Shown here one piece after another: positions 39,064 through 48,882 of a stretch of DNA of 64,000 nucleotides. The notes under the pieces were generated by a model. It was given only the letters and a program-made list of their open reading frames with translations, did not search any database and had not been told where the DNA came from. Location of the stretch: contig JBGARZ010000002.1 of the NCBI GenBank assembly GCA_044229975.1, positions 832,001-896,000 on the forward strand, in the 5' to 3' direction. The translations under genes were made by a program, and so were the position numbers. This DNA comes from Polyangiales bacterium (GTDB taxonomy: Bacteria; Myxococcota_A; Polyangia; Polyangiales; Ga0077539). Each line of letters begins with the position of its first letter. Position 1 is the first letter of the stretch.

Positions 39064-40962
39064 CTACGGGACCACGACCGTCGTCGAGAACGACTGGAGC
39101 AGCGCCTCCAGGCTGTTGAAGGTGTCCTCGGTGCGGTGGAAGGGACCGAGCGCGGGGTCGATCTCGCCCGCGGTGCGGATCTCATCGCGGCGGTCGCCCG
39201 AGCGGGCGTAGTGGATGACGACGGCGCGGAGGCTGGGGAAGGTTCCGCCGTGGCCCCACGGGCCGGTGTTGGCGACGTTGCGGAGCGTGGGGGTGTGAAA
39301 CTGCCCGCGCATCGCCTCGACCGGCGCGACGCGACGCAGATGGGCGCGGGTCAGGGGCGCATCGCTGAAGACGCTGTCGGCGCGAAAGGGACTCTCCCGC
39401 AGCGCGTCGACGCCTTCGAAGCGACCGACGTCGGGCACGTCGTCGACCCGCCCGGTGCCGAACTGAACGTTGTGGAAGCTGTCGTCGCTGAGCGTGGGCC
39501 CGTGGTGACACTGGTGGCAGCCCACCTCGAAGAAGATGCGCAGGCCCGCGCGGGCGGGCGCCGAGAGCGCCGTGACGTCGCCGCGGGCGTAGCGATCGAA
39601 GGCCGACGCGCCGAGGGCGAACGTTCGCTCGAAGGCCGCGATGGACTTGCCCGCGTTGACGAAGACCCGATCGACGGCGCGGCGGTCGTCGGCGCTCATC
39701 GCCTCCCACGCGCGCACTCCGGGTCGACCCGCGGCGGGGAAGCGCGTCGCGTCGGAGAGCGGCGGGAGCTCGCCATACACGGCGGTGTAAGCCTCGGCGT
39801 AGCGGTCGCCGATGCTGTGGGCCAGCGCGAGGCGCGACGAGCCCATCTCCCGCGGGTTTTCGATGGGCCCGAGCGCCTGCGACCAGAGCGAGTCGGCGCG
39901 GCCGTCCCAGAACTGCCACCGCTGCCCCGCGACCGTCGCGATGCTCGGCGCGTTGCGGTCGCCGACGGCGATGCCCGTCGAGCGGTCGAGGTGATCGGCG
40001 AGCCCCGTCGCAGGGGCGTGACAGGTGGCGCAGGAGACGGTTCCGGTCGACGAGAGGCGCGCGTCGAAGAAGAGCGATCGACCGAGGGCCGCCGCGCGCG
40101 GATCGTCGGCGAAGGCGTTGGTCGGGTCGGGCGGCGCGTGCTCGCGCGGCACCATCGCCTGCATCATCTCCCAGGCGTCCTGGCCGAGCAGGCCGTCGTG
40201 CAGCACGGCTTCGGGGCGCGCGGGGCGGTCGCGCTGGTCGAGGCGAGCGAGGGTGTCGGCGAGCTCGAAGGCGAGGTCGTGGGTGTCGGGCGCGTCGAAG
40301 ATGCGGAGCACGCTCATGGTGCGCTCGTCGAAGAGCAGCACGAGCGGGAGCTGCTGCGCGCCGAGGGAAAACTCGCGCCACAGGGAGGCCTCCGAGCGGG
40401 CCAGCGCGGTGGGTGCGACGTCGTAGCGGGCGCGCCAGTCGGCGAGGTCGCCGTCGTCGGGGGGAAGGTTGTCAGCGGCGCTGACGAGCAGGTCGACGAG
40501 GTCGACGCGGGCGGCCGAGGGGGACTCCATCACGCGCCGGGTGTGGGCCGCGTGGTGCTGCGATGGCCCCGACCACGCGGCGACCAGCCGGAGCATGAGC
40601 ACGCGGGGCGACGACGCGCACGGCGCATAGAAGCGCGACAGATGCAGCGGGTCAGAGCCGGTCGCGAGCGTGAGGTCGGGCAGCGGACCGTCGACGTTGA
40701 GCGCCGTCCCCGCGGGGTACGGCAGCGCTCCGCCGTCGGGGCAGCGGTCGGTGACGGGCGCATCCGCGCGGACGACGTCGCGGGCGGTGACCACATCGTG
40801 GGCGGCGCCGTCGTGAGCGACGTCTTCGTGAGCGACGCGGGCGACGTCGGACGCGACGGAGGCGTCGACGGTGGGTGCGGGCGTCGGGGTGCTGGTACAC
40901 CCGAGGAAGGTCAGCGCGACGAGGGCGGTACGTCGAAGCACGGTCGGTGTTCTATGCACCAT
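39064..40962 (-). CDS. Di-heme cytochrome c peroxidase/MauG-family lipoprotein with N-terminal thioredoxin-like domain
   Basis: LGRSLFFDARLS..VSCATCH, RNAPS, QFWDGRA, CHQCH, TPTLRNV; N-terminal AAWSGPS. Confidence 0.9.
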   Translation of the reverse strand: MVHRTPTVLRRTALVALTFLGCTSTPTPAPTVDASVASDVARVAHEDVAHDGAAHDVVTARDVVRADAPVTDRCPDGGALPYPAGTALNVDGPLPDLTLATGSDPLHLSRFYAPCASSPRVLMLRLVAAWSGPSQHHAAHTRRVMESPSAARVDLVDLLVSAADNLPPDDGDLADWRARYDVAPTALARSEASLWREFSLGAQQLPLVLLFDERTMSVLRIFDAPDTHDLAFELADTLARLDQRDRPARPEAVLHDGLLGQDAWEMMQAMVPREHAPPDPTNAFADDPRAAALGRSLFFDARLSSTGTVSCATCHAPATGLADHLDRSTGIAVGDRNAPSIATVAGQRWQFWDGRADSLWSQALGPIENPREMGSSRLALAHSIGDRYAEAYTAVYGELPPLSDATRFPAAGRPGVRAWEAMSADDRRAVDRVFVNAGKSIAAFERTFALGASAFDRYARGDVTALSAPARAGLRIFFEVGCHQCHHGPTLSDDSFHNVQFGTGRVDDVPDVGRFEGVDALRESPFRADSVFSDAPLTRAHLRRVAPVEAMRGQFHTPTLRNVANTGPWGHGGTFPSLRAVVIHYARSGDRRDEIRTAGEIDPALGPFHRTEDTFNSLEALLQSFSTTVVVP

Positions 40963-41037
40963 TCGACGTCATCTGGGAGGGCCACGACGCCACTGGACAC
41001 TTGCGCAGCACCCCGCGATGGCCTCATCAACGAGGTG

Positions 41038-41286
41038 ATGGAGCGACCGCGTCGACCGAGCCTGCGGATGAGCGTTCGCCTCGCGCCCGTGGTCTCGCTG
41101 GAGCTCGACGAGGACTCGGCCTTCGCCGCGCTCGGCGCGGTGCACGACGCGCGGGTGGCGCTGCGTGCGCTCTCGTCGCCGCCGACGACGCTCATCGACA
41201 CGCTGGCCCTGCACGAGCGCGAGCTCGGCATGGCGCTCGGCGCCGATCGGGCGCGGGCCTGGCTTCGACAACGCAGCCGACGGTAG
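41038..41286 (+). CDS. Short hypothetical protein
   Basis: GAGGTG upstream of ATG; fills the gap between two minus-strand genes; no motif. Confidence 0.35.
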   Translation: MERPRRPSLRMSVRLAPVVSLELDEDSAFAALGAVHDARVALRALSSPPTTLIDTLALHERELGMALGADRARAWLRQRSRR

Positions 41287-41313
41287 TACCCCGCCACAGA
41301 GGACCTGAGGCGG

Positions 41314-42246
41314 TCACTCGGCGGGCAGTCCTCGCAGCGCGCGGTCGTGGAAGAGCAGCATCTCCACGCCCCCGACGCCGCGGTTGAAGACGTAGTCGTG
41401 AGGCCCCGCGAGCACACGCAGGTCGTGGTCGACGCCGCGCAACCGCAGCGCCTCGTCGAGCGCGGCGACGTCGCGGCGGTACACGTCGCCGCGAGACGTC
41501 ACCAGGCGCATCCGCTGCGGCGGGCGTGACGGCGAAGCGGTATAGCGGGCGAGCACCCGGTCGAGGCGGCCGCGCACCGCGGGCTGCAACGCGCCCACGA
41601 CACCGAACACCTCCGGGTGGGCGAAGCCGATCTCCAGGGCGTGCAGACCGCCGAGGGAGACGCCGTCGATGCCCGTCGCCAGGCGCTCGCCACGCACTGG
41701 GAGCTCCCGGCGGGCGCGAGCGACGAGCGTCTCCACGAGCCAGCGGTCGAAGCCCGCTTGAAGGACGCCCGCGTCGGGCGAGAGCACGTCGGGCGTGAAG
41801 GGAGCGACCACCACCACGCCCTGGTAGGGACGCGCTGCGAGGTCGCGTCGGAGCTGCTCGAAGCGCGCCGGGTCGAGCTGCCCGAGGAAGGCTTCGCGAC
41901 GCAGCGACGGCCGTCGGAGCTCATGGTCCGACGCGCCGAGCTCGTAGTCGCGGGGCCACCCGAAGGCGCCGCGCTCGACCCCGCGCAGCGTCTCGCCCCA
42001 GCCGTGGAGCGCGACGAGCAGCGGCAGGCGCTCACCGGGTCTCATCTGCGCGGGAAGCATCACGACGGCGCGCATGGCCCCGACCGGCGTACGGGGAAAA
42101 TCCCAGACGACGGTGCGGAGCGAGGAGGGTCGGGTCGGGGATTGAGCGAGGGCGAGGAGTCGGGAGAGGACGATCAGCCCGACGCCCACCGCGAGGGCGA
42201 GGAGCGTCGGGGCGCTGATCTGCGCGCGGCGGCGGCGCGCTCGCAT
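41314..42246 (-). CDS. Secreted alpha/beta-hydrolase (esterase)
   Basis: PLLVALHG, GVSLGG nucleophile elbow, GPHD. Confidence 0.85.
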   Translation of the reverse strand: MRARRRRAQISAPTLLALAVGVGLIVLSRLLALAQSPTRPSSLRTVVWDFPRTPVGAMRAVVMLPAQMRPGERLPLLVALHGWGETLRGVERGAFGWPRDYELGASDHELRRPSLRREAFLGQLDPARFEQLRRDLAARPYQGVVVVAPFTPDVLSPDAGVLQAGFDRWLVETLVARARRELPVRGERLATGIDGVSLGGLHALEIGFAHPEVFGVVGALQPAVRGRLDRVLARYTASPSRPPQRMRLVTSRGDVYRRDVAALDEALRLRGVDHDLRVLAGPHDYVFNRGVGGVEMLLFHDRALRGLPAE

Positions 42247-42252
42247 GACCGG

Positions 42253-44625
42253 TTAGAGGCCCCGGCAGGCCCCGAACACGCACACCTGCCGCATCGGGCA
42301 GGCGCGGCCGCAGGCGCCGCAGTTGGCGGGATCGAAGTTGGTGTTGATGCACCGCCCCCCGCAGTTGGTGTTCTGCGGGGGGCAGCTGCACGTGCCGCCG
42401 ATGCAGCTCTGCGTGGCCGGGCACGCGCGGCCGCAGGCGCCGCAGTTGGCCGCGTCGTTGTTGGTGTTGATGCACCGGCCACCGCACGCCGAGAGCGGCG
42501 CGGGGCAGGCGCAGGCCCCGCCGCGGCAGTCGAAGGTCGCCGGGCAGGTGCGGCCGCAGGCGCCGCAGTTGGAGGGGTCGTTGTTGGTGTTGATGCACCG
42601 GCCGCTGCACGACGAGAGCGGCGCGTTGCAGGTGCACCGGCCGCCCACGCACGCCTGCGTGGCGGGGCACGCGTTGCCGCAGCCGCCGCAGTCGAGCGGC
42701 GAGCTGTTGATGTCCACGCAGAACCCGCTGCACAGCACCGTCGAGCCGGGGCAGGCGCAGCGGCCGCCCATGCAGGGCGTGCCCGCGGGGCAGGCCGTCC
42801 CGCAGCCGCCGCAGTTGCGCGGATCGGTCTGGACGTCGACGCAGCTCGCGCCGCAGGCGGTGCGCGGCGCCATGCAGGTCATCATCATCTGGCAGACGCC
42901 CGCGGTGCAGGTCGCGCCCGCGCTGCACGCGTTGCCGCACATGCCGCAGTTGGCGGGGTCGCTCTGGGTGTCGATGCAACGCCCCGAGCAGGTCGAGCGC
43001 GGCGGCGGGCACGGCGAGCCGCACACGCCGTTGATGCACACCGCGCTACCGGCGCAGGCATTGCCGCAGCCGCCGCAGTTGGACGGGTCGGTCAGCGGGT
43101 CGGTGCAGCCGGAGCCGCACTCGACCTGCGGGGCCATGCAGCGCGAGGTGCACGCCCCGGCGACGCACATGCTGCCCGACGGGCACGCGTTGCCGCAGCG
43201 GCCGCAGTTGTTGGTGTCGACGAGCGGGTTGACGCAGGCGCCCGAGCAGGAGATCTGCGGGGCGTCGCACGCGGTGCCGATGCAGGTGCCGCCCGCGCAC
43301 ATCTCGCCGGTGGCGCAGCGGCGGCCGCAGGCGCCGCAGTTGCGCGGGTCGTTGACGATGTCGGTGCAGCCCGTCGAGCAGATGGTGCGCGGCGGCATGC
43401 AGCCGGGCGGGAACCCGCAGCGGCCGAGGAGGCAGATCTGACCCGACCCGCAGCGCGTGCCGCAGGCGCCGCAGTTGGAGGGGTCGATGCGGAAGTCGGT
43501 GCAGCCGCCGTTGCACTCCACGAGCGGCGTGTTGCAGCGCGCCTGGCAGCTCCCGAAGGAGCAGAGCTCGCCCGGTCCGCAGCGGTTGCCGCACGAGCCG
43601 CAGTTGTTGGGGTCGTTGAGCGTGATGACGCAGGTGCCGCCGCAGCGCGCGAGCGGCGTCGGGCACGTGAAGGTGCAGGTGCCGAGACCGCAGGCCGCGC
43701 CGGCGGGGCACACGTTGCCGCAGCGGCCGCAGGCGCTGGGGTCGTTCTGGAGGTTTACGCAGCGGTCGCCGCAGAGGACGTTGGGCGCCGGGCAGTCGGT
43801 GCGGCAGGCGCCGGCGAAGCAGGTCTGCCCCGCAGCGCAGGCGCGGCCGCAGGCGCCGCAGTTGGCGGTGTCGACCTGCGGGTTGACGCAGCGGCCCGCG
43901 CAGTTGAGGAGCCCTTCGTCGCAGACGCTGGAGCAGCTCCCAGAGGTGCAGAGCGTGTCGGCGCTGCAGGCGCGACCGCAGGCGCCGCAGTTGGCGCGGT
44001 CTTCACGGAGGTTGACGCAGGTGCGGCCGCAGAGGGACTGACCCGGCGGGCAGATGGCCTGGCACGACCCGCCGATGCAGCTCTGCTCGGAGGGGCAGGC
44101 GATGCCGCAGCCGCCGCAGTTGAAGCGGTCGGCCGAGAGGTCGACGCAGGCGCCCGCACAGTCGGTGAGGGGCATGAGGCAGGTGGGCACGCAGACGCCC
44201 ATCGAGCAGCGGCCCGAGCCGCAGTTGACGCCGCACATCCCACAGTTGTTGGGGTCGCCGAGGCGGTCGACGCAGACGCCGCCACAGAGCACGAGCGGCT
44301 CGCTGCACACCGGCGGCATGTCGATCGGGGGGAAGTCGGGCGTCGGGCCATCGTCCGGGATGTCGAAGATGGGGAAGTCCGGGGTCGGACCGTCATCCGG
44401 GATGTCGAAGCCGGGGTTGTCGGGGGGAAAGGGGACGTCCGGAAACTGGATGTCCGGCGTGCTGCCATCGGGCACATCGACCGGAACGATGTTCTCGTTC
44501 TGCTGGACATCGGGACGGAAGGCCGAGTCCGGGTCGTAGTCCCCGTCGAGCTCCGAGCGACCACAGCCCGTCACCGCGAGGGCGACGAGCACACAACCGA
44601 GACTGGCGATCCGTAGATGGCGCAT
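42253..44625 (-). CDS. Cys-rich Stig1-like tandem-repeat lipoprotein (16 repeats, no head domain)
   Basis: GGGGAG RBS; lipobox VTGC; acidic Pro-rich linker; 16 DxxNCGxCGxxC-type units of about 42 aa. Confidence 0.85.
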   Translation of the reverse strand: MRHLRIASLGCVLVALAVTGCGRSELDGDYDPDSAFRPDVQQNENIVPVDVPDGSTPDIQFPDVPFPPDNPGFDIPDDGPTPDFPIFDIPDDGPTPDFPPIDMPPVCSEPLVLCGGVCVDRLGDPNNCGMCGVNCGSGRCSMGVCVPTCLMPLTDCAGACVDLSADRFNCGGCGIACPSEQSCIGGSCQAICPPGQSLCGRTCVNLREDRANCGACGRACSADTLCTSGSCSSVCDEGLLNCAGRCVNPQVDTANCGACGRACAAGQTCFAGACRTDCPAPNVLCGDRCVNLQNDPSACGRCGNVCPAGAACGLGTCTFTCPTPLARCGGTCVITLNDPNNCGSCGNRCGPGELCSFGSCQARCNTPLVECNGGCTDFRIDPSNCGACGTRCGSGQICLLGRCGFPPGCMPPRTICSTGCTDIVNDPRNCGACGRRCATGEMCAGGTCIGTACDAPQISCSGACVNPLVDTNNCGRCGNACPSGSMCVAGACTSRCMAPQVECGSGCTDPLTDPSNCGGCGNACAGSAVCINGVCGSPCPPPRSTCSGRCIDTQSDPANCGMCGNACSAGATCTAGVCQMMMTCMAPRTACGASCVDVQTDPRNCGGCGTACPAGTPCMGGRCACPGSTVLCSGFCVDINSSPLDCGGCGNACPATQACVGGRCTCNAPLSSCSGRCINTNNDPSNCGACGRTCPATFDCRGGACACPAPLSACGGRCINTNNDAANCGACGRACPATQSCIGGTCSCPPQNTNCGGRCINTNFDPANCGACGRACPMRQVCVFGACRGL
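44329..44410. repeat. 42-bp tandem duplication encoding FDIPDDGPTPDFP twice
   Basis: Two near-identical copies of gggaagtc.gg.gtcgg.cc.tc.tccgggatgtcgaag. Confidence 0.7.
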
Positions 44626-44770
44626 GGACTCCCCTCCTGCTGGGAGTAAAGGGTGAAACCCCGCGCGAGAATGGCGACAAACCATCACAAAGCCCGCGCG
44701 TTGCGGCGGGGACTATGCGCCAACACCCCATGGAGCGTAAAGCGACTGCGTGGCTCGTCTCCGCCCTCGC

Positions 44771-47626
44771 ATGACCCCTTCCACGCGGCCCGCGTGCCTC
44801 ACCATTCTCCTCGCGACCTGCCTCGCGTTTCCCTCCGCGGTCGGGGCCCAATGCCGCGTGTCGCCGGGGGTGGAGGGCGAGCTGTCGACGTGGCGCGTTC
44901 GGCCCGGCGTGCGCGTCGGACCCATCGCCGCGCGGCCTACGCTCCGCGCCGTCCTCAACGCCGCGCTCGACCGCGCCGTCGCCACCATTGCCCCACCCGA
45001 CGCCCCAGGTTGGCGCGCCGCCGCGAGCGACGACACCTATCTTGAGCTCGGCCCCGTCGTCGGTGGTCGCGGCGCTCGATCAGCGCACGCGTCGGTGCAG
45101 CTCGACGCCTCGACGGCCGGTGATCGCTGGCTCTTCCTCGGCAGCGACGACGCGCTCGCCGTTCATCTCGACGGCCGCGAGATCTACCGCCGGGCGCAGC
45201 CGCGACGCTCGCGCGAGGACGATGACATGGTGCGCCTGCCGCTCACCGCGGGCGCCCACACGCTCACGGTCACGCTCGTCTCGCGCGGCGACCTCGACCT
45301 CTTCGCGCGCATCACCGGCGACACCTTCCGGCCCGACCCCACGCTCACCATCACCCTGCCCGCCGTCGACGCCGCCGCTTGCGAAGCGCTCGCCGCCCGC
45401 AGCCTGCACGCCACCTTCGCTCGCTCGCCCGTCGCGGAGGGCACCCGCGTCGACGTGGCGCTCTCCTTCCCCGGCGGCACCGCCGTGCCCGCGTCGCGCG
45501 CCCGCTCGGTGTCGCTCGGTGCACCCGATGTCGCCGCCATCGAGGCGCCGCTCTCCCTCGCCGACGCGTCCGCCCGCCCGCTCGACCTCACCCTCGTCGT
45601 GCCCGCCTCAGGCTCTCGCGTGGTCACTCTCCGCGTCGACGGCGCGACGCGCGACGCGCGGGTGTTCGTCGACCCGACCGTGCGCGCGGCCCTGCTCGAC
45701 GCACGCTCGACGCTCCCTCCGCTCGACGCCTCCTTCGGCGCGACGCCCTCCCCGTGGCCGCCGCCCGCGGTGCGTGAGACCGCCACGCTCCCCGCCGACG
45801 CCATCCTCTCCGTCGAGGCCGCCGCGCTGCGCCTCGCGGGTCTCGTGTCCGTCGGCGATGGTGACCTCTCGCACCTGCGCGAAGAGGCCGCCACGCTCAC
45901 CACCATGCTCGGCGAGCTACGCGCGGGCCGCGACCCCTACGCCAGCCGCACCGGCCCCATGCGACGCGCATGGCGCTCGCCCCTCGACGGAACGCTCCAG
46001 GAGTTCTCGCTCTACGTTCCGCCCCGCTATCGAGCGGGCGACCACCCGGCGCTCATCGTCGGACTGCACGGTCTGCACGGCAGCGCGCACCGGATGCTGC
46101 CCGTGCTCGTCGGCATCTACGACGAGAGCGAAGACCGCACCCGCGCCGAGCGTCACCTCCCTCCCCTCCCCGACACCAACGCCATCCTGCTCGCGCCCTA
46201 CGGCTACGGCGACGCGGGCTATCGACAGCAGGGCGAGGTCGACGTGATGGAGTCCATCGCCGCCGTCGTCGCGCGCTACGGCGTCGACCCCCGACGCGTG
46301 TACCTCACGGGGCTCTCCATGGGCGGCATCGGCGCGGCGGGCGTGGCCTTCCATCACCCCGATCGCTTCGCCGCCATCGCGCCGCTCTGCGGGTACCACA
46401 GCTATTTCGTGCGCAGCGACACGCGCACGGTGCGACGGCCGTGGGAGGTGTTCTTGATGGAGCTGCGCTCCAACGCGAACTACGCGGAGAACGGCCTGCA
46501 CCTCCCGATGTACCTCGTACACGGCACGCTCGATCGACCGACCTCCAACTCGCAGGTGCTCGTCGATCGCTACCAGGCCCTCGGCTACGACCAGCAGGTG
46601 GAGTGGCCGCCGCTCGGGCACAACGTGTGGGGCCAGACCTACGCGGGCGGCCGCATCGTCCCGCACTTCCTCCGCTACCAGCGCGACCTCGCGCCCCGTC
46701 ACGTTCGCTTTCGCACCCCTGAGCTGCGCTGGAACCGCAGCGACTGGGTCACCCTCGACGCCCTCCTCGCGCCCGGCACAACCGACGGCGCCCGCCTCGC
46801 GCGCACCGCCCGCTGGGGCGACGTCGACGCCACCGTCTCGCCCAACGGCGACGGTCGCGTCCGTACCGACGGCGTCGCCGCGCTGACGCTCGACCCACCG
46901 ACCGCACTCGTGAGCGCCGGGGTCACCGCGCTGCGCCTCGACGTCGACGGCGACCGGGTGGAGATCCCGGTCGGGCGGGCCACCTCGCTGCATCGACACG
47001 CCGGTCACTGGACCACCGGCGAGCGGGTCGCGTTGCGCGAAGGCGGGCCCATCCGCGAGGTCTTCGACCGGCCGCTGCTCTTCGTGGTGGGGACGGGAGA
47101 CGCGCGCGCGCTTCCCCTCTACGAGCGCACGGCGCGGGCTTGGTCGCGGCGCGGGGGAGTTCCGCTGCGGTACACCGTCGTGCGGGACGACAGCTACACC
47201 GAGGCCATGGGCGAGGGCCGCAGCCTCGTCCTCATCGGAACGCCCCGCGACCACCGCCTCCTCGCCCGCATGGCCGACCGCCTCCCCGTCGCGCTCGGCC
47301 CCGACGCCGTCACCGTCGGGACGCGTCGCTTCGCGGGCGCCGACGTCGGCGTGGTGTTCACCGCGGCCGACCCCGACCTGGCCTCGCGCACGGTGCTGGT
47401 GATCTCCGGTCGGTCGCCGACGGCGGTGCTGCGCTCACACTCGCTGCCCGATCTCCTGCCGTCATACGTGGTCTACGACGAGGCCGTGGCCGCCGCGCGA
47501 GGTCGGGTGCTGCTGGGCCCTGCGGCCTCGGTGCTCGCGGCGGGTTTCTTCGATGACCGCGGTCAATCCCTCGGCGACGACCGCGACCCGGTGACCTCCA
47601 ACCGCGACGCCGACGCCGACGAGTGA
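44771..47626 (+). CDS. Large secreted serine hydrolase (esterase/S9-like) with N-terminal PA14-like domain
   Basis: Signal peptide; LGSDD...LDG...LTAGAH; LHG, RVYLTGLSMGG, HGTLD, LGH. Confidence 0.8.
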   Translation: MTPSTRPACLTILLATCLAFPSAVGAQCRVSPGVEGELSTWRVRPGVRVGPIAARPTLRAVLNAALDRAVATIAPPDAPGWRAAASDDTYLELGPVVGGRGARSAHASVQLDASTAGDRWLFLGSDDALAVHLDGREIYRRAQPRRSREDDDMVRLPLTAGAHTLTVTLVSRGDLDLFARITGDTFRPDPTLTITLPAVDAAACEALAARSLHATFARSPVAEGTRVDVALSFPGGTAVPASRARSVSLGAPDVAAIEAPLSLADASARPLDLTLVVPASGSRVVTLRVDGATRDARVFVDPTVRAALLDARSTLPPLDASFGATPSPWPPPAVRETATLPADAILSVEAAALRLAGLVSVGDGDLSHLREEAATLTTMLGELRAGRDPYASRTGPMRRAWRSPLDGTLQEFSLYVPPRYRAGDHPALIVGLHGLHGSAHRMLPVLVGIYDESEDRTRAERHLPPLPDTNAILLAPYGYGDAGYRQQGEVDVMESIAAVVARYGVDPRRVYLTGLSMGGIGAAGVAFHHPDRFAAIAPLCGYHSYFVRSDTRTVRRPWEVFLMELRSNANYAENGLHLPMYLVHGTLDRPTSNSQVLVDRYQALGYDQQVEWPPLGHNVWGQTYAGGRIVPHFLRYQRDLAPRHVRFRTPELRWNRSDWVTLDALLAPGTTDGARLARTARWGDVDATVSPNGDGRVRTDGVAALTLDPPTALVSAGVTALRLDVDGDRVEIPVGRATSLHRHAGHWTTGERVALREGGPIREVFDRPLLFVVGTGDARALPLYERTARAWSRRGGVPLRYTVVRDDSYTEAMGEGRSLVLIGTPRDHRLLARMADRLPVALGPDAVTVGTRRFAGADVGVVFTAADPDLASRTVLVISGRSPTAVLRSHSLPDLLPSYVVYDEAVAAARGRVLLGPAASVLAAGFFDDRGQSLGDDRDPVTSNRDADADE

Positions 47627-47672
47627 TCGCTGGTCCTTGCGTGCCTACATCGACTCTTGCCAGAGTGCCGGG

Positions 47673-48857
47673 ATGATTCTTCGCAATGGCTGGGTGGCGG
47701 GCGTCGTGTGTTCGGGCTTGCTGATCGGGTGTGGGGACGGCGATCGACCGACCGGTCTCACCGGCGACGGCAGCATCATGCTCAACAACCCCGACAGCGG
47801 AACCATCACGCTCCCTGACGTGGGCAGCACCGGCTTCGACATCGTGTTCGTCAACGATGGGCCCGCGCCGGACTTCGGCCCGCCCCCGGACGTGCAGCCG
47901 AGCGATCGCCAGCCGATCCAGAACGACGGGTCGTCCGACGCCACCACGCGCGACGGCCCCGAGGACGTGAGCCTCGTCGTCGACACCGGGCCCGACGCCG
48001 GGCGCACGGTGCGCAGCTTCTGCGGCTTCTCCCAGGTCGAGATGGTGCAGCTCGCGGTGCGCGCGGCGACCTGCTTCCACGAGTCGCCGCAGCGCCTGCT
48101 CGAACAGATGTACCGCCCGAGCTGGTGGGCCGACGGCATCATCCCGCGACGCCCCTGCAACGTCATCCGCGACGCCCTCGCGCAGACCGACGGGTGCAAC
48201 GGCTTCCTGGGTCGCTCGTTGAAGGTCCGCGTCGAGCCCACGGCCACGGGCACCTGTCCTTCGGACATCACCACCTGCCGCGCGGGTGACCCCGGCCACG
48301 CGCTGACCTCCTACTGCCGCAACGGCTACACCATCTCCGAGGACTGCGAAAACGTCACCGGCGGCTCCGAGTGCGTCTCGTCCACCACCACGGCCGCGTG
48401 CCGCCCGCTCGGCCCCGAGGGCGCGCCCTGCACCGCGGCGACGCCGTCGCGTTGTTACAACGGCCGCGTGCAGCAGTGCGTGGGCGACATCTTCGTCAAC
48501 CGCGCCGACTGCGACACCTCGCTCACCACCTGCGACGCGACGGCCGGCGCCTGCGTCGGCAGCGGCGCCGCCTGCACCACCGACGTCGACACGTGCAGCG
48601 GCACCAGCATCCAGCAGTGCCGCGGCGGTCGCCTGCACACCAACAACTGCGGCTTCTTCGTGCGCGACAGCACCTGCCGCAATCTGGGCGGCCACTCGTT
48701 CTGCGGCGTCGCGGCGGAGTGCGACCCGGTGTCGGCGCCCGCCGACGGAACCTGCGACGGCTCCACCCTCATCCTCTGCGCGGGCGGCATGACCACGCGC
48801 TTCAACTGCGTGAGCGCAGGCTTCGTCGGCTGCGGCGTCGGCGGCTGCACCCAATAG
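47673..48857 (+). CDS. Cys-rich lipoprotein
   Basis: Lipobox LIGC; Asp-rich linker; repeated CxGxxxxxC units. Confidence 0.75.
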   Translation: MILRNGWVAGVVCSGLLIGCGDGDRPTGLTGDGSIMLNNPDSGTITLPDVGSTGFDIVFVNDGPAPDFGPPPDVQPSDRQPIQNDGSSDATTRDGPEDVSLVVDTGPDAGRTVRSFCGFSQVEMVQLAVRAATCFHESPQRLLEQMYRPSWWADGIIPRRPCNVIRDALAQTDGCNGFLGRSLKVRVEPTATGTCPSDITTCRAGDPGHALTSYCRNGYTISEDCENVTGGSECVSSTTTAACRPLGPEGAPCTAATPSRCYNGRVQQCVGDIFVNRADCDTSLTTCDATAGACVGSGAACTTDVDTCSGTSIQQCRGGRLHTNNCGFFVRDSTCRNLGGHSFCGVAAECDPVSAPADGTCDGSTLILCAGGMTTRFNCVSAGFVGCGVGGCTQ

Positions 48858-48882
48858 CCCGACGCGGCGGTAGCATCGCCGC

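Noticed and set aside
42253..44300. CxxC-rich repeats as multiheme cytochrome or ferredoxin
   Set aside because: Motifs are CGxCG without His in an exported lipoprotein, which fits disulfide-bonded repeats
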